A stretch of DNA of 64,000 nt from Dimorphilus gyrociliatus (GCA_904063045.1 CAJFCJ010000014.1:372001-436000), one strand, 5' to 3'; shown: positions 13,168-25,437, counted from the stretch's first letter. The notes: generated by a model not told the origin, from the sequence alone. Numbers and translations are program-made.

Positions 13168-14423
13168 ATGAAATATTTCCCTCTTATTTATTGTATCTTT
13201 TGTCTATGGTCATCGACTTTCGGACAGAGTGATATAGGTAACATTTTATATTCATATATTAAAAACAAAAGAGCATAATCAAATAAATATAAATAAACAA
13301 TACTATGTTCCTTTTAAAGAATTGGGATTTTTCCAATATTCGCCTATTGAATTGGAGGAAGGGCAAAAATGCAAAGCAGAGTTTAGCCTTAAAGGTATCT
13401 GGCCTTCGAAATACGAAAATGATGTTTTCGTTTGTAAAATTATGAAAAGTTCGAAATTGGCGCCTATTTTGGTTACTCCTTTATCATTTGAAATCCATAA
13501 AAGTTCTCCCAAACAGATAATAGTCATAACAGTTAAGGAAGACAACGATTGCAGGGATGACAGACCTTACGTTGGTGTTGAAGTTCGCTGTACGAAGAAT
13601 TCTGAAGAATTAACTATTTCTAAATATAATGGTGTCTATTTTAGTGTTATAGACAACACAGTTGGTGAAATATGTAATAAACATCGTATTCAGCAGTTTG
13701 TCAAAGGCTATAACGAAAATGGCGAAGAAGTTCATGAAAAGATATGCTATGATATTTACGGTGAACACGGCGATGTCTTTGAGTTTGTAACCGACTCTTT
13801 ATTAGGTAAATTAAAATTGAATTAATTCTAGAAAGTAACAAATCATCTAAATAAAGGAAAAAAATACAAAACAAATCTATTCAGGTGTTTCAGCCTACTT
13901 TGAAATACGCGAAGAATATCATGTTGGCCGAATATTTATCATTACTCGTCAAGGTTCAATTGAAATAAACAGAGACTTTATTACTGGACCAGAAAATTTC
14001 CATCAGACTTGGGGTCAAGTTAAAAGAATTGAAGTTGGAACCGACTTTAAACTTGTAATTGATCTAAATAAGAAACTTTTGATTAAGGTAGAAGATGAGG
14101 GTAGAGTTCTGGCACTCGTAATTATTAAAGAAGAGAAATCGTTTGAGAAAAGTCACCTTAATATTGCTGTAGAAGAAACCACACCAAATCAAAAGATCCT
14201 CGACGAATTTCAAGGTGGCCTCTTGGGTTCGGCAGCAAATAACGTTTATCATTTCAATAAATCGGTTCAAAGAGGAAGAGAATCGGTAACGAAAGTAAAA
14301 ATCAATCAAAGGCCAGTCGCGTCTAAACTACAGCTAATCAATGATAACGAAGAATGCCACTTGATAAATATAGAAGATATTATCTTTCCTATGCCTGTAT
14401 CTCTCTTCCTACGGTCCGATTAA
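13168..14423 (+). CDS. Array member P7 (DPH replaced by CNKHR)
   Basis: Exon1 MKYFPLIYCIFCLWSSTFGQSDI at 13168; ORF 13322-13825; exon3 from about 13885 to the stop at 14423. Confidence 0.85.
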
Positions 14424-15502
14424 CAGGAAGGATTGACAGAGGAAAAAATGATGTGGTAACTACCGTTACAAGGAATCTGGCTTATCGTTGAACAAAGCAG
14501 CAAAAGCAAACCGAACCTTTGTATAAAGATTACGTAATTTTTGTGGGGGTGATATATGTTTTTTCTCTTTCTTTTCTTCTTCAATAAAATCATATCAACA
14601 AACTCTTTCGATGTAAATAGTTTATATATAGAACTGATATACTCGGTACAAATTTAAAGATTTCGTGTAAATACTTTGAACATGTACCAAGAATGATGAC
14701 TAATCTAAAGTTATATGCCCTCCTTTTACACTTTTGCGTACACTATCTATGTAAATTGTTTATTGAAAGATTAGGATTAAGGGAAAGATTCTTGTTGTTG
14801 TCACAAATATGAAAATCTAAAGGAAGGGAGAAAGGGTTAATTATAAAATTTATCAAAAGTTATTATAAAACTCTAAGTCTATTTCATTTTATTGCAATGT
14901 ATTCGTTGAATTTTAAGAGAGTGTATGCTTTTATTGCTAGCTTCCTTCCTATCCGAATGATTCACTCTATTAAAATGACGTTTGAACTAAGAGGGAAAGA
15001 GAGTAGAGAGGATCTATTCAAAATGAAAAATCTTTCCATCCTCCCTCATAGTATTTCTTATTTATTAGTAACACTTAATAACAAGTAATAAATTGCCGTT
15101 ACAAACAATAATTATGATTTTTACATTCGGTTAAAGCAATGTTACACTTTAAGACCTAGTTTTGAACATTTTTTTTTAAACAAAAAATCACAGTTATTTT
15201 TTTTCATGTTTTTTATGTTGACACCCGACAGTTTTGAATATTTGTGAGTAGTGCAAAATAAGGCGCTTATCCTTTAACAATAGGGGTTCTTAACTTCATT
15301 ATAATTAGATGCAAAAGTCAATATTTAATAATATATCATCTTTGATTACTTTGCCTTACAAGATTTATTATTTATAACTTAACAATCATTTCTAATAATA
15401 AATATACTGAATGATAAAATATCGACAATCACCATACGAAATACCTATGCTATAGATCAACTTTTGACCAAAAATAAATCGCAAACTGCCAATTTTCCAA
15501 CA

Positions 15503-15545
15503 TATAAATAGAACAGAAAAGTTATGCTAGTCACTATCAGCTTTT
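15503..15545 (+). promoter_or_regulatory. TATA box plus Inr-like core promoter of P8; homologous element at 17844-17880 for P9
   Basis: CATATAAATAG followed about 30 nt later by TATCAGC (P8) or CATCAGT (P9), then a shared 5'UTR agaggtagccgttcaatttagagaa. Confidence 0.55.
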
Positions 15546-15576
15546 CACAAAGAGGTAGCCGTTCAATTTAGAGAAA

Positions 15577-16848
15577 ATGAATTCATTTATTGTTGGCTTC
15601 TTTGCTTTTGTTATGTGCAGTGGGTTTGCTTTAGCGCAGAGTAAGTTTACATTAATTTCATTTTGGTTTTATTATCTTATAATTATTATAATTCTTAGAT
15701 CCATTGGAGTTGTCGTTTGGCTGGACACCAACGCAAGTTCAACTTAAAGAAGGTGGTCCATCAAAAGCAGTTTATCTTGGATTCCAAAATGGTGCTATTT
15801 GGCCAAAATTTTCTACAATTGTATGTTACCCGGAAACAGATGCCCACGATACTATTGAAATGAAAGCTGGTTTGTTGAGCCCATGGAAAAAACTGATCGA
15901 CGTTACAGGAATTGAAATAAACAAGCCTTTGAAATTTAAGAAATTGCTTTTTCGAGCTCGAGAGGACAAAATGTGCCAAAATAAACAATACTTTGTAGAA
16001 CTGGCCTGTTATGACAGAGAAAGTCCCGTAAAAGAAAATCCTTTACTTATAAAGTATACTACTCTAGAAATCAATGTACAAAATACCGAGCAAGGTAGTA
16101 TGTGTTCAGATCCTCACTTAACTCAAAAAGTATCTGGATTTAGTGAAGATGGCGAAAGTGTAACAAAAGATGTTTGCTATGATCTCTATGGAAAATCTGG
16201 TGATCAGATGGAATTGATTAGTGATAATGTCTTAGGTAAATAATTCATTGATTCTATCAATATCCTATTTATTAATTGTAATTGTTTCATTTAGGAACTT
16301 CGATCGTTTTTGAACTTCGAGATGATTATTATATCGGCAAAGTTTTCTATGCTACAAAATTGGGATATTTCAACTTTACTACCGACACTATTTCTACATC
16401 AAAATCTTCAAGTTTCAAATGGAAGAAAGAAGATAGTTTTGTCATTGGCGAAAAGGAGAAATATCCTCACGCAATTATCTCCAAAAATGAAATGGATGTT
16501 CTTATTGAATACTATGATAAAGATAGATCTCAATCCATTAGGATTGCTAAAATCCAACAATCATCATTTGGTAAAAGCTATTTAAATATTATGATTGAAA
16601 AGTCAACAAGTTTCAAAGGCGTGTTTGACGAACATCACGGTGGAATTTTTGGTTTAATTGCTAATCAAGATTATGAATTCTACGAGCCAATTCAAGAGAC
16701 GATCGATTTGACTGTTGTTAAAATAAATGGAAGATATGTGAAGGCATTCCTAACCGGCAAGCCTGGTGATACTGATAGATGTTATTCAATGAGTTTGGGA
16801 GATTTAATGTTTCCAAAGAATGTATATTCGTTCCAAAAGTCGTTGTAA
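15577..16848 (+). CDS. Array member P8 (CSDPH)
   Basis: Exon1 MNSFIVGFFAFVMCSGFALAQ; ORFs 15704-16243 and 16282-16848. Confidence 0.9.
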
Positions 16849-16971
16849 GAGAAATGCTATTTAGCATAAATGTTTTTGTTTAATTATAAATGTCTGAAAG
16901 ACCGTTTTTGTTAGAAATGATATTTCCTTTTTTTTGACAACGGTGTTCGACTATTATTTTTTGATAATAAA
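16145..16971 (+). repeat. About 825-bp near-identical direct repeat, copy 1 (copy 2 at 18479-19303)
   Basis: Read-along comparison: end of exon2, intron 2 (1 difference), exon3 (5 aa substitutions plus a one-codon indel) and 3'UTR are shared between P8 and P9. Confidence 0.92.
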
Positions 16972-17915
16972 CGTTAAAAACAGTTATATGTTAAACCCAG
17001 TTGTTTCATTAATTATTTGAAAATGATGTTCATAAAGGACAGACGGAGCAAAGTAGGCTACTGTCAAAGTTGACCTTCTTAGGTGTCTTTTCTTTTTTGA
17101 AAAATGTAGGCTTTCTATCGTTTACATATACAAGTTTCACAGTATATAAAGCTAAATAGACAACACTAATAAGATGATTTCTACATAGTCTTTTATTTTT
17201 AAATAAATAATAATTAGAGTAATACACGAACGTCTTTATTAATCCACTGATTATGTTCACAGTCAACGAAACTGATGGATTATATAGGAAGTGTTAACAT
17301 ATCGTCCATTTCCAAGTGAAGTGAACACTCGGCATTCCAGGTGTGATTTTGTGCATATTATTTTTGATTTATTATTAATAAATGATAAGAAATAATGAGC
17401 TATCATTTCAGAATATCGTATCAATTATTATTTAAATTGACGTACAAAAAAGAAACTACTTTCCGTCGGAAGTAACGCTACATTTGAACAAGTTGCGCCG
17501 TTCCTATTGTATTTTTAATATAGGACTAAAAAGCTTCAGTTTTTTATTTTGAAACAAGGTTTTTTATGTTCGTAGGGGACAGTTTTCAAAAATACTGAGT
17601 CCTGTAAGTCAAAGAGCGCTCCTTTAATAATAGGGGTTTCTACTTCTGGTATCATTCCATCAAAGTTAATCAGTCAATACTTGCCAGAATAGACCAGCAT
17701 ACTTATCGGCAACTTGGGTCGACAAAAAAATCTATATATTTCGCTGTCTTTGTGATGTAATTAACCAATTAAAAATATCAAATACCTATGCTGTAGAGTG
17801 ACCCATTCAAAAAAATACACAGCAAACTATCAACCGGTTGACATATAAATAGGATAGAAATTGGCTTTGAACACATCAGTTTTTCACTGAGAGGTAGCCG
17901 TTCAATTTAGAGAAT

Positions 17916-19179
17916 ATGAATTCATTTATTGTTGGCTTCTCTGCTCTCGTGCTATGCATTGCTTCTTCTTCAGCTCAACGTAAGTATATATTCATATCTT
18001 ATCTGTTCTATTATATTTTACTAACAACTTTTATTATACCACCGCAGACTCTTTTGGTTGGAATCCCAACTTAATTATATTAAAAGAAGCGGGACCCGCC
18101 GTCAAAGTTGAATTAGGTTTGATTGCTAATTCTTGGCCAGGAGGTGTCTTTGTAAAGTGCAAAGCAGTTGCGCCGAAAGCAAAAAAATTTATTCACACCA
18201 GAGCCCCAAATACCGCTCTCAAATGGAAGCCTGTACCAGAAAATAGTGTACATGTGATACCATTTCTCAATAAAAAGATATCTATATTCTTTAAAGCTGT
18301 AAAAGATGGAAAATGTCATGATCACACTTACAAGATAAAGTTGACATGTTGGAAGTTTGTCTTGAAGAATATTCCAATAAAAATAACAAATAGCGTGCTC
18401 ACCATTAAAGTAAAAAACACTGAAACAGGTAGTATGTGCGATGATCCTCATCTTACTCAAAAAGTATCTGGAATTGATGAAGATGGCGAAAGTGTAACAA
18501 AAGATGTTTGCTATGATCTCTATGGAAAATCTGGTGATCAGATGGAATTGATTAGTGATAATGTCTTAGGTAAATAATTTATTGATTCTATCAATATCCT
18601 ATTTATTAATTGTAATTGTTTCATTTAGGAACTTCGATCGTTTTTGAACTTCGAGATGATTATTATATCGGCAAAGTTTTCTATGCTACAAAATTGGGAT
18701 ATTTCAACTTTACTACCGACACTATTTCTACATCAAAATCTTCAAGTTTCAAATGGAAGAAAGAAGATAGTTTTGTCATTGGCGAAAAGGAGAAATATCC
18801 TCACGCAATTATCTCCAAAAATGAAATGGATGTTCTTATTGAATACTATGGTAAAGATAGATCTCAGTCCATTAGGATTGCTAAAATCCAACAATCATTT
18901 GGTAAAAGCTATTTGAACATTCTGATTGAAAAGTCAACAAGTTTCAAAGGCGTGTTTGACGAACATCACGGTGGAATTTTTGGTTTAATTGCTAATCAAG
19001 ATTATGAATTCTACGAACCAGTTCAAGAGACGATCGATTTGACTGTTGTTAAAATAAATGGAAGATTTGTGAAGGCATTCCTAACCGGCAAGCCTGGTGA
19101 TACTGATAGATGTTATTCAATGAGTTTGGGAGATTTAATGTTTCCAAAGAATGCGTATTCATTCCAAAAGTCGTTGTAA
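17916..19179 (+). CDS. Array member P9 (CDDPH)
   Basis: Exon1 MNSFIVGFSALVLCIASSSAQ; ORFs 18119-18577 and 18616-19179. Confidence 0.9.
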
Positions 19180-19303
19180 GAGAAATGCTATTTAGCATAA
19201 ATGTTTTTGTTCAATTATAAATGTCTGAAAGACCGTTTTTGTTAGAAATGATATTTCCTTTTTTTTTGACAACGGTGTTCGACTATTATTTTTTGATAAT
19301 AAA
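18479..19303 (+). repeat. About 825-bp near-identical direct repeat, copy 2
   Basis: Matches 16145-16971. Confidence 0.92.
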
Positions 19304-19536
19304 TTAAGAATAATTAATAAAAAAGTTGTATAATTCTTTCGTTTAGTTCAAACTAAACATAATGATTGACACGCGTCAAGAATATCGAAGAAGGGAAAAT
19401 GTACAATGATGTTTATCCTACTTCAAAAGTAAATGGTAGCGATAAATAAGGTAAAAACTGTATTGTATTATCATGTTACTTGAAAATCTGATGATTGGAT
19501 GGAATTGACTTTTGATAGTGTCTTAGCGATCTGATT

Positions 19537-19850
19537 GAAAAAGAAGATAGTTTTGTCAATAGGGAAAAGAAGAATAATTGGAAAACCTGGTGATACTGAT
19601 GAATGTTATTTGAGGGCGTCTCACCTCATTATCCCTACATATTTCAAATAATTTGAATGAGTAACCTGTATTTGTACAATAACTGCTATCAACAGACTCT
19701 GTCTAAGCAATAGAAGAAACGTTACTAGTTAATGGAAAATTTCTTAAAGCTTTTCTAAAGGATCAACCTGATCAAGATCGTCAATGTTATTCAATCAGTA
19801 TTCAAGATCTTCTCTTCTCTAAACATGCTTATTCGTTTCAAAAGTTATTA
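19537..19850 (+). pseudogene. Relic fragments of array exon 3
   Basis: 19537-19557 matches P8/P9 KKEDSFV; 19580-19610 matches GKPGDTDxCY; 19728-19850 translates VNGKFLKAFLKDQPDQDRQCYSISIQDLLFSKHAYSFQKLL, closest to the P1 C-terminus. Confidence 0.75.
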
Positions 19851-20131
19851 CATTTCGTCTATAAAATACATACAGTATATATAATACTGTGGCTAGTAAT
19901 AGCTGGGTATTTTTGATGTAGTTTAGTAATAATCCTAGTTATCGGTAAAGTTTTTAAAAAAAATGGCCACTGTTTCCATGAGTATTTACTCAATATGCTT
20001 GAAAACATGCTATCAGTCTTTTCCCAACATAGATAACTAGTTGGATGCTTAATTCTGTCTACAGAAAAGTACTTTCTTTGACTAGTGACTTTTGAAAGAA
20101 CGGTGGATGGTAAAGATAGAAGAAATAAATT

Positions 20132-21405
20132 ATGAAAGCGTTGATAACTTTTCTATTTTCGTGTATTATCATTGTTAAATCACAAGTTGATATACGTTTG
20201 TATAATTTACATATTACTTGTTTAAATTCTTTAATTGTTTAGGAACATTTATTGCTAATTTTTAATTCTTTTAACGCAATATACAAACAGCAATTCAATT
20301 TATTGATAATCGAATTGAAAGCGTTGTCGAAAACTCGTCGACGATTCTCAATGTTGGACTGTTGGAACGATGGCCCGACACCATGGATCTAAGATTTGAA
20401 ACACTGTCTTGCCATATATCGATAAGTGGCAACAAAGAACTACCGGATGTTCGTATTGAACCAAATTACGTTTACCTAAATGCTTTATCCAGCAGGAGGT
20501 TTATAACGTTACATGTTGGATATGATAATGATTGTCGAGATACAACTTTAATACTTCAAATAGAATGTAGACGTCAAAATGGTCAGGGAAAGGCTGTTTC
20601 TCTTCCATCTGAAGCTCGTTTGGAGTTGTTAGTTAATGACAGGATGCCTTTGAATTTTTGCAATGATCCAAGAATATTTCAAACAGTTAAAGTTCTACAC
20701 AACGACGGAAGACAAACTCTGGAAGATATTTGTTATGATTTTATTGGAAAAGCAGGTGAACAGTATGAATTTTTCTCGGATAAACTCCTAGGTAGGCTTT
20801 TATCTATTAATAACAAAATCATGATTCAATTCTCCAATACTATATTAAATAACTATACAGGTGTATCGGTCATTTTCGAATTAAAGGATAGCTACGAAGT
20901 TAGCCGTTTACTTGTAAAAACAAAATTCGGATTAATACAGGCCGGCCTCACTTCTATTGGCCTACCAAATCACAATCTGTACAGTTGGGATAGAATAATG
21001 GACTTAAGTAGTGGAATTAATCCGAGGATTCGTCTAAGACTGTCGCCTAATGAGTTAGTTATTGAATTTGAAGAGAATGGCAGAGAATTAAAATTAAGAA
21101 TTATTAGAAAGTTTGATAATTTTAACATACCTGTATTGAAGACTTTTATCGATGAACTATCTTCTGGACAAGTGATTTTTGACCAATATCACGGTGGTCT
21201 ATTAGGCCTAGTTAGCAATAAGAAATATAATTTCTATCAAGTCGATTCATTTGACAAAACATCACCAAACCTTTATATTGAAGGAAGAGAAGTCAAAACG
21301 TTTAAAAAGCCTAATCCACATTTCGATAACAAGTGTTATTCAATGAATTTAAAGGATATTTTATATCCCAATGGTATTGAATTGTTACTCCGAAACAATC
21401 AATGA
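20132..21405 (+). CDS. Array member P10 (CNDPR)
   Basis: Exon1 MKALITFLFSCIIIVKSQVDI at 20132; acceptor at 20290; ORF 20362-21405 includes a 69-nt in-frame intron 20792-20860. Confidence 0.85.
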
Positions 21406-22317
21406 TTTTCTAAATATAATAAATAGTTTATTCAGTCTAGTTAAGCTCTCTTTTCTTTACTTAATGAATTTATCTCTTTACACCGTAACGAGCTATTCGC
21501 ATAAAACTTCAATTGGTTGGGGAAAGCAATGAATTTAGTCAGAAGAAGCTTACGTGGCTTAGAATAGCAATAAAAAGCCGAGTTGTTAAAAATAACAGTA
21601 ATCTGCTTAATCAATGAAATTGCTCATGGACTCTTAAAAAGTTCTTATACGATTTTAATGGATAAGCTAAAAGTGTTCTTAATCAATAGTTAATCCTAAG
21701 TATATCAAATCTCCATTATTTTGCTACATGGCTATTGAATTTTGTATTATTCTAGTATGTTGAGAATTAAGCCACAGTATTAAGATTGTATCGATGATAG
21801 AAAATATACTGTAGTAGCTGGAGGTAGTATCATCAATTATAAATAAGCCTATTGAGCTTAATAAAGCTTTATATGCTGTATAAAATAGATGATAGACTAT
21901 GGTTCAATGGATATTCAAACAAGAAACAGTAGTTGAAATATTAATCAGCAATGTTTATTTTAAATATTAGATACATATTATACGTTGATTGGTTGTTTTT
22001 CGAGAAATTACGGAGGCGATCCCACGCACTGTAAATGTTTAATTCATTCAAAAGAAAGAACAAAAATAACTTTCTGCATTGCATATAATAAAGCAATAAT
22101 CTTGAATGTTATTAATAATCTAAAATATTCCCTATTGCATTATTGCTATATCATTTATAGCAATGATAAAATAGTGATATTTTATCAATTAGTCATTAGA
22201 TCCATTGAATATAATCACTTCTTTCTCTTCTCGAGTTTTCCCTTTATTTAACTAACAGGAAAATGAGATAGTTTGTCATAAAATCACTTTTGATTTCTTC
22301 TTAAACCGCCCTCCCCC

Positions 22318-22354
<37 letters not shown>

Positions 22355-22576
22355 CCACTCCCTAATTTTCAAACATTAATCAAGCAAAGTTGGTTTCGTA
22401 GGCGACAAATTTTTTTTGAAAAGCTTTGATAAATTGATAATACTTATCATTCTTTATATCATTCTTTAATACGTAATGTCGACAATAAGTTTTTAGTCCA
22501 TTAAAGCATAGATTTTTCAAATTTGTTTTCTTTTTTAAAGATAAGGTAAAATGTTTTGGATTTTTATAAAAATTAT

Positions 22577-24400
22577 TCAAGAATATTTCAAAACTATGTA
22601 AAAAATGTCGAAAATCATTTTTTGGCAACTGAAAATAGCAGAGAAGAAATTATTGATAAATTCAGTAAAAATGATAGAAAGAAAATAGTATATTACGTAT
22701 CTAAAATCAGTATCAATAAGCGATTTTAATAACAGATCGTAGGCATCCCCTTCCGGAAATGAATCAATTATTTCCAAATATTTTGAAGCTAATTGAATTT
22801 TTTTCATACACTGTATATAAAAAAGAAAAGAAGGTTAAAGATACTCTTTGTTCTTCTGCTTATGAATATTAATTAACTTAATTACAAAATGTATGTAATG
22901 AAATCTGGATAGAAGAATACTAGAAAGTTCGAATGAAACATGATAGAAGATCGAATTTCTTATACCAAGTTTATAAATCTCTTCAAAAATTTTACAACCA
23001 ATTTCGACTATTTTCATCCAATTATCCTCATTATTTGATACGATTTTGATACAATTAACTAATCTAAAGCACCATCTAACGGCTAGCAAATCGCCAAGAT
23101 TGTAACCACATTTCGTTATTGAATATTTATAAATATCTAAAATTTCCAGCAAAACCTTTTGGAATAGAAAAAGGAAAGAAACAATCTAAAATTAGTATCT
23201 CTGTTATCCAGTGTTCAAGTCTATTAACCTTCCAAAGTCTGTTAAGATTAATGGTCGTCCCGGAACAAAGGATTCTAACTAGAATAGTACTGTAATAGTT
23301 TATCTGAACCGGGGAGCATTTCAGATAGTCTAGAGCATTGACAATGATATTAGCATCAACATTTGCCTCCGACTAAATAGAAAAGAGAAGGTATAGAAGT
23401 ATTAATAGATTATTTATACTTACCAATCCCTGTTGAAAAAATAGAATATCTGAAGAAGTTGAAAGATACAAACAATATACGCCTACAGACTGGCAATCTA
23501 TTTCAAAGAATTCAAGGTTGCGATGATTCGCTATAAATTTCCTGGAAAGTAAGACAATAACTTTGATAAGTACAAATGAAATATGAATAATAATCATAAC
23601 TAATAATAGCATTCTTACTTGACTATATCTTGTGATATTGTAAAATGAAGATACACTCGGAAGAATTTTAACAATGTCCAAACGTTCGAGTTGATAAAGT
23701 TCTCTTCAATATATTCAAGACTTTTAGCCGTAATAAAGCCAATATTTAAATATTCAATACATTGAAGATGATATAGATAGTACAATTGTTGAAAATTAAT
23801 AACAACTTCATTAGAAATTCTATAATTAAACGATTTTAAACTGTGTAGATGTTCAATTGGAGATAATAATTGAACACTTGTCTTTGTTATATCCAAGTAT
23901 TCTAACGAAATTAATTCAATACATATGAAATTGAAGCAATTATCATCAAATTTCGTAAAGCTTACGTCCAATTTAATTAAATTCCTAAAATTTTTCAAAT
24001 GATTTATCGAACTAATTGGTTCTTTGTTACTAAGAAGACAATCTATTATAGATAATTCTCTTAAATTCTCATTATTAATATATTCAACCCAATCTGATAG
24101 ATAGAAATTATTTAAGTTTTGAATATGAATACATTCCAATGGATGATTCTTTAGAAAAGCCAAAAATGATTTATTTACTATTCTCCTTCCATTAAATTTT
24201 ACTCTTCTTAGTTTAGTTCTTATCGAATCGAAATATTCTAAACAATCCTCCTTAATGCCAAGGTTAAATTCGTCTAAATAAGTAAATATCCTCTCAGCCA
24301 AGTGACACGGAAGCCTCTTACCCTTATTCACATCAACATTTAGGATTATATAACTATTTTTAGCGATAAATCTTACACATAATTGCTTCAAGGTAAACAT
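22577..24400 (-). CDS. ZYG11/ZER1-like leucine-rich-repeat protein (putative Cullin-2 substrate receptor)
   Basis: N-terminal BC-box-like MFTLKQLCVRFIAKN and LP..LAERIF, LRRs (NLIKLDVSFT, LEYLDITKT), then KFIANHRNLEFF and ARM-like exons. The 3' end is uncertain. Confidence 0.7.
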
Positions 24401-25437
24401 TCTATTGGAAATGGAGCGTGTGAGTCATATTAATCTATTGATTCGCTTGGTTGTCAGGTGGAAAAAATATAGAAATATAAACTATAGTCTTGTAATTTTT
24501 AACTTTCTTTCAATCTCCCTAATAACTCTTTATTAATAGAAATGTATGATTGATATTGTCCATATCCGTTATCAGTTCTACATGTCATATGTTTTTAATA
24601 TATTTTCAATCTCCTTTATTTGACCTTTTTTTGCGCAATAAACGCGTTCAGAGCAATTGCATTTGTTTGACGAAAGAAGGTAAAAGTGTTTACAATAAAT
24701 AGAAAAGAAAATAAGCAAATACACGAATATTTGAATAAGAAAGATAGAGGAAGAAGTGAAAATAAAAGGCTATTGAAATAGAATACAATCAGCATATTTT
24801 AAAAATGTCCAGTTTAACAAGTTCCAAAAGTATAAAAACATCTGTTCAAGCTGTTCAAACAAATAAAAACTCTTTTCTTAAATATTTCAATAAACAAATA
24901 AAACAAAAATAGAATTTAAAAGTCTACATGTTTAAACTGTACTGTAAATTAATAACATTTACGGCAAATTGTTAATTAAAACAGAATAAAAAGCTAATAT
25001 ATCTTCAATAAATATGGTCCGATTTCTATTTTCTATCATTACGATTGAATGTTATATATGAAAGATGACATATTTCAAAAAAGATTATTGTATCCTCTTA
25101 ATAATAGCGTTATTTTATTTTATGGTTTTCTGAAATGGGAATTTTTACTTGCTATTTTTCGTGTCCTAGATATTTAAAAATAATCTTTGTAATAGAATTT
25201 TTAGTGTTTTCTTAGTCCTTTATACTTTTACTTTCTGTATTGTGGTTATATCTCTATTGGCTTTGTCAGAGTTAATACACCATACATCGAGATTAGATTA
25301 ACAGATAGTGATAAGGTCAAACTTCGAAACGTTTTCATTGGAAATGAAAATAGATTGTCACGTTTACAGTCAACATAAATAGTAAAACCAATAAAATACA
25401 ATTGAAATTGGTTTTTTAACAATGTAATTTCACTCTC

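Larger units (their letters stand above)
3778..21405. repeat. Tandem gene array: 10 paralogues (P1 +, P2-P6 -, P7-P10 +) of a secreted Calx-beta/Ig-like + DPH + ITI-HC-C-like protein, plus a relic
   Basis: Recurrent motifs xCxDPHLxQxVxG, (I/V)CYDxxGxxGDxxExxSD, xRDDYYxGK, FDxxHGGxFG, VKINGRxVK and CYxxxxxDxLFP. All members share a 3-exon structure with two phase-1 introns. Confidence 0.92.

Noticed and set aside
16310-18916. Duplicated alternative-frame ORFs 16310-16585 and 18644-18916 as a hidden overlapping gene
   Set aside because: Their similarity simply follows from the near-identical P8/P9 exon-3 duplication; there is no ATG context or independent signal.
20792-20860. Intron 2 is stop-free and in frame in P10 (69 nt) and P2 (81 nt), suggesting regulated intron retention
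   Set aside because: Short introns have a substantial chance of being 3n and stop-free; the homologous intron is not 3n or contains stops in other paralogues (e.g. 56 nt in P1).
3778-21405. CRISPR-like or transposon interpretation of the repeated blocks
   Set aside because: The repeats are spliced protein-coding paralogues with signal peptides; there are no short direct repeat-spacer units, terminal inverted repeats, transposase or reverse transcriptase motifs.
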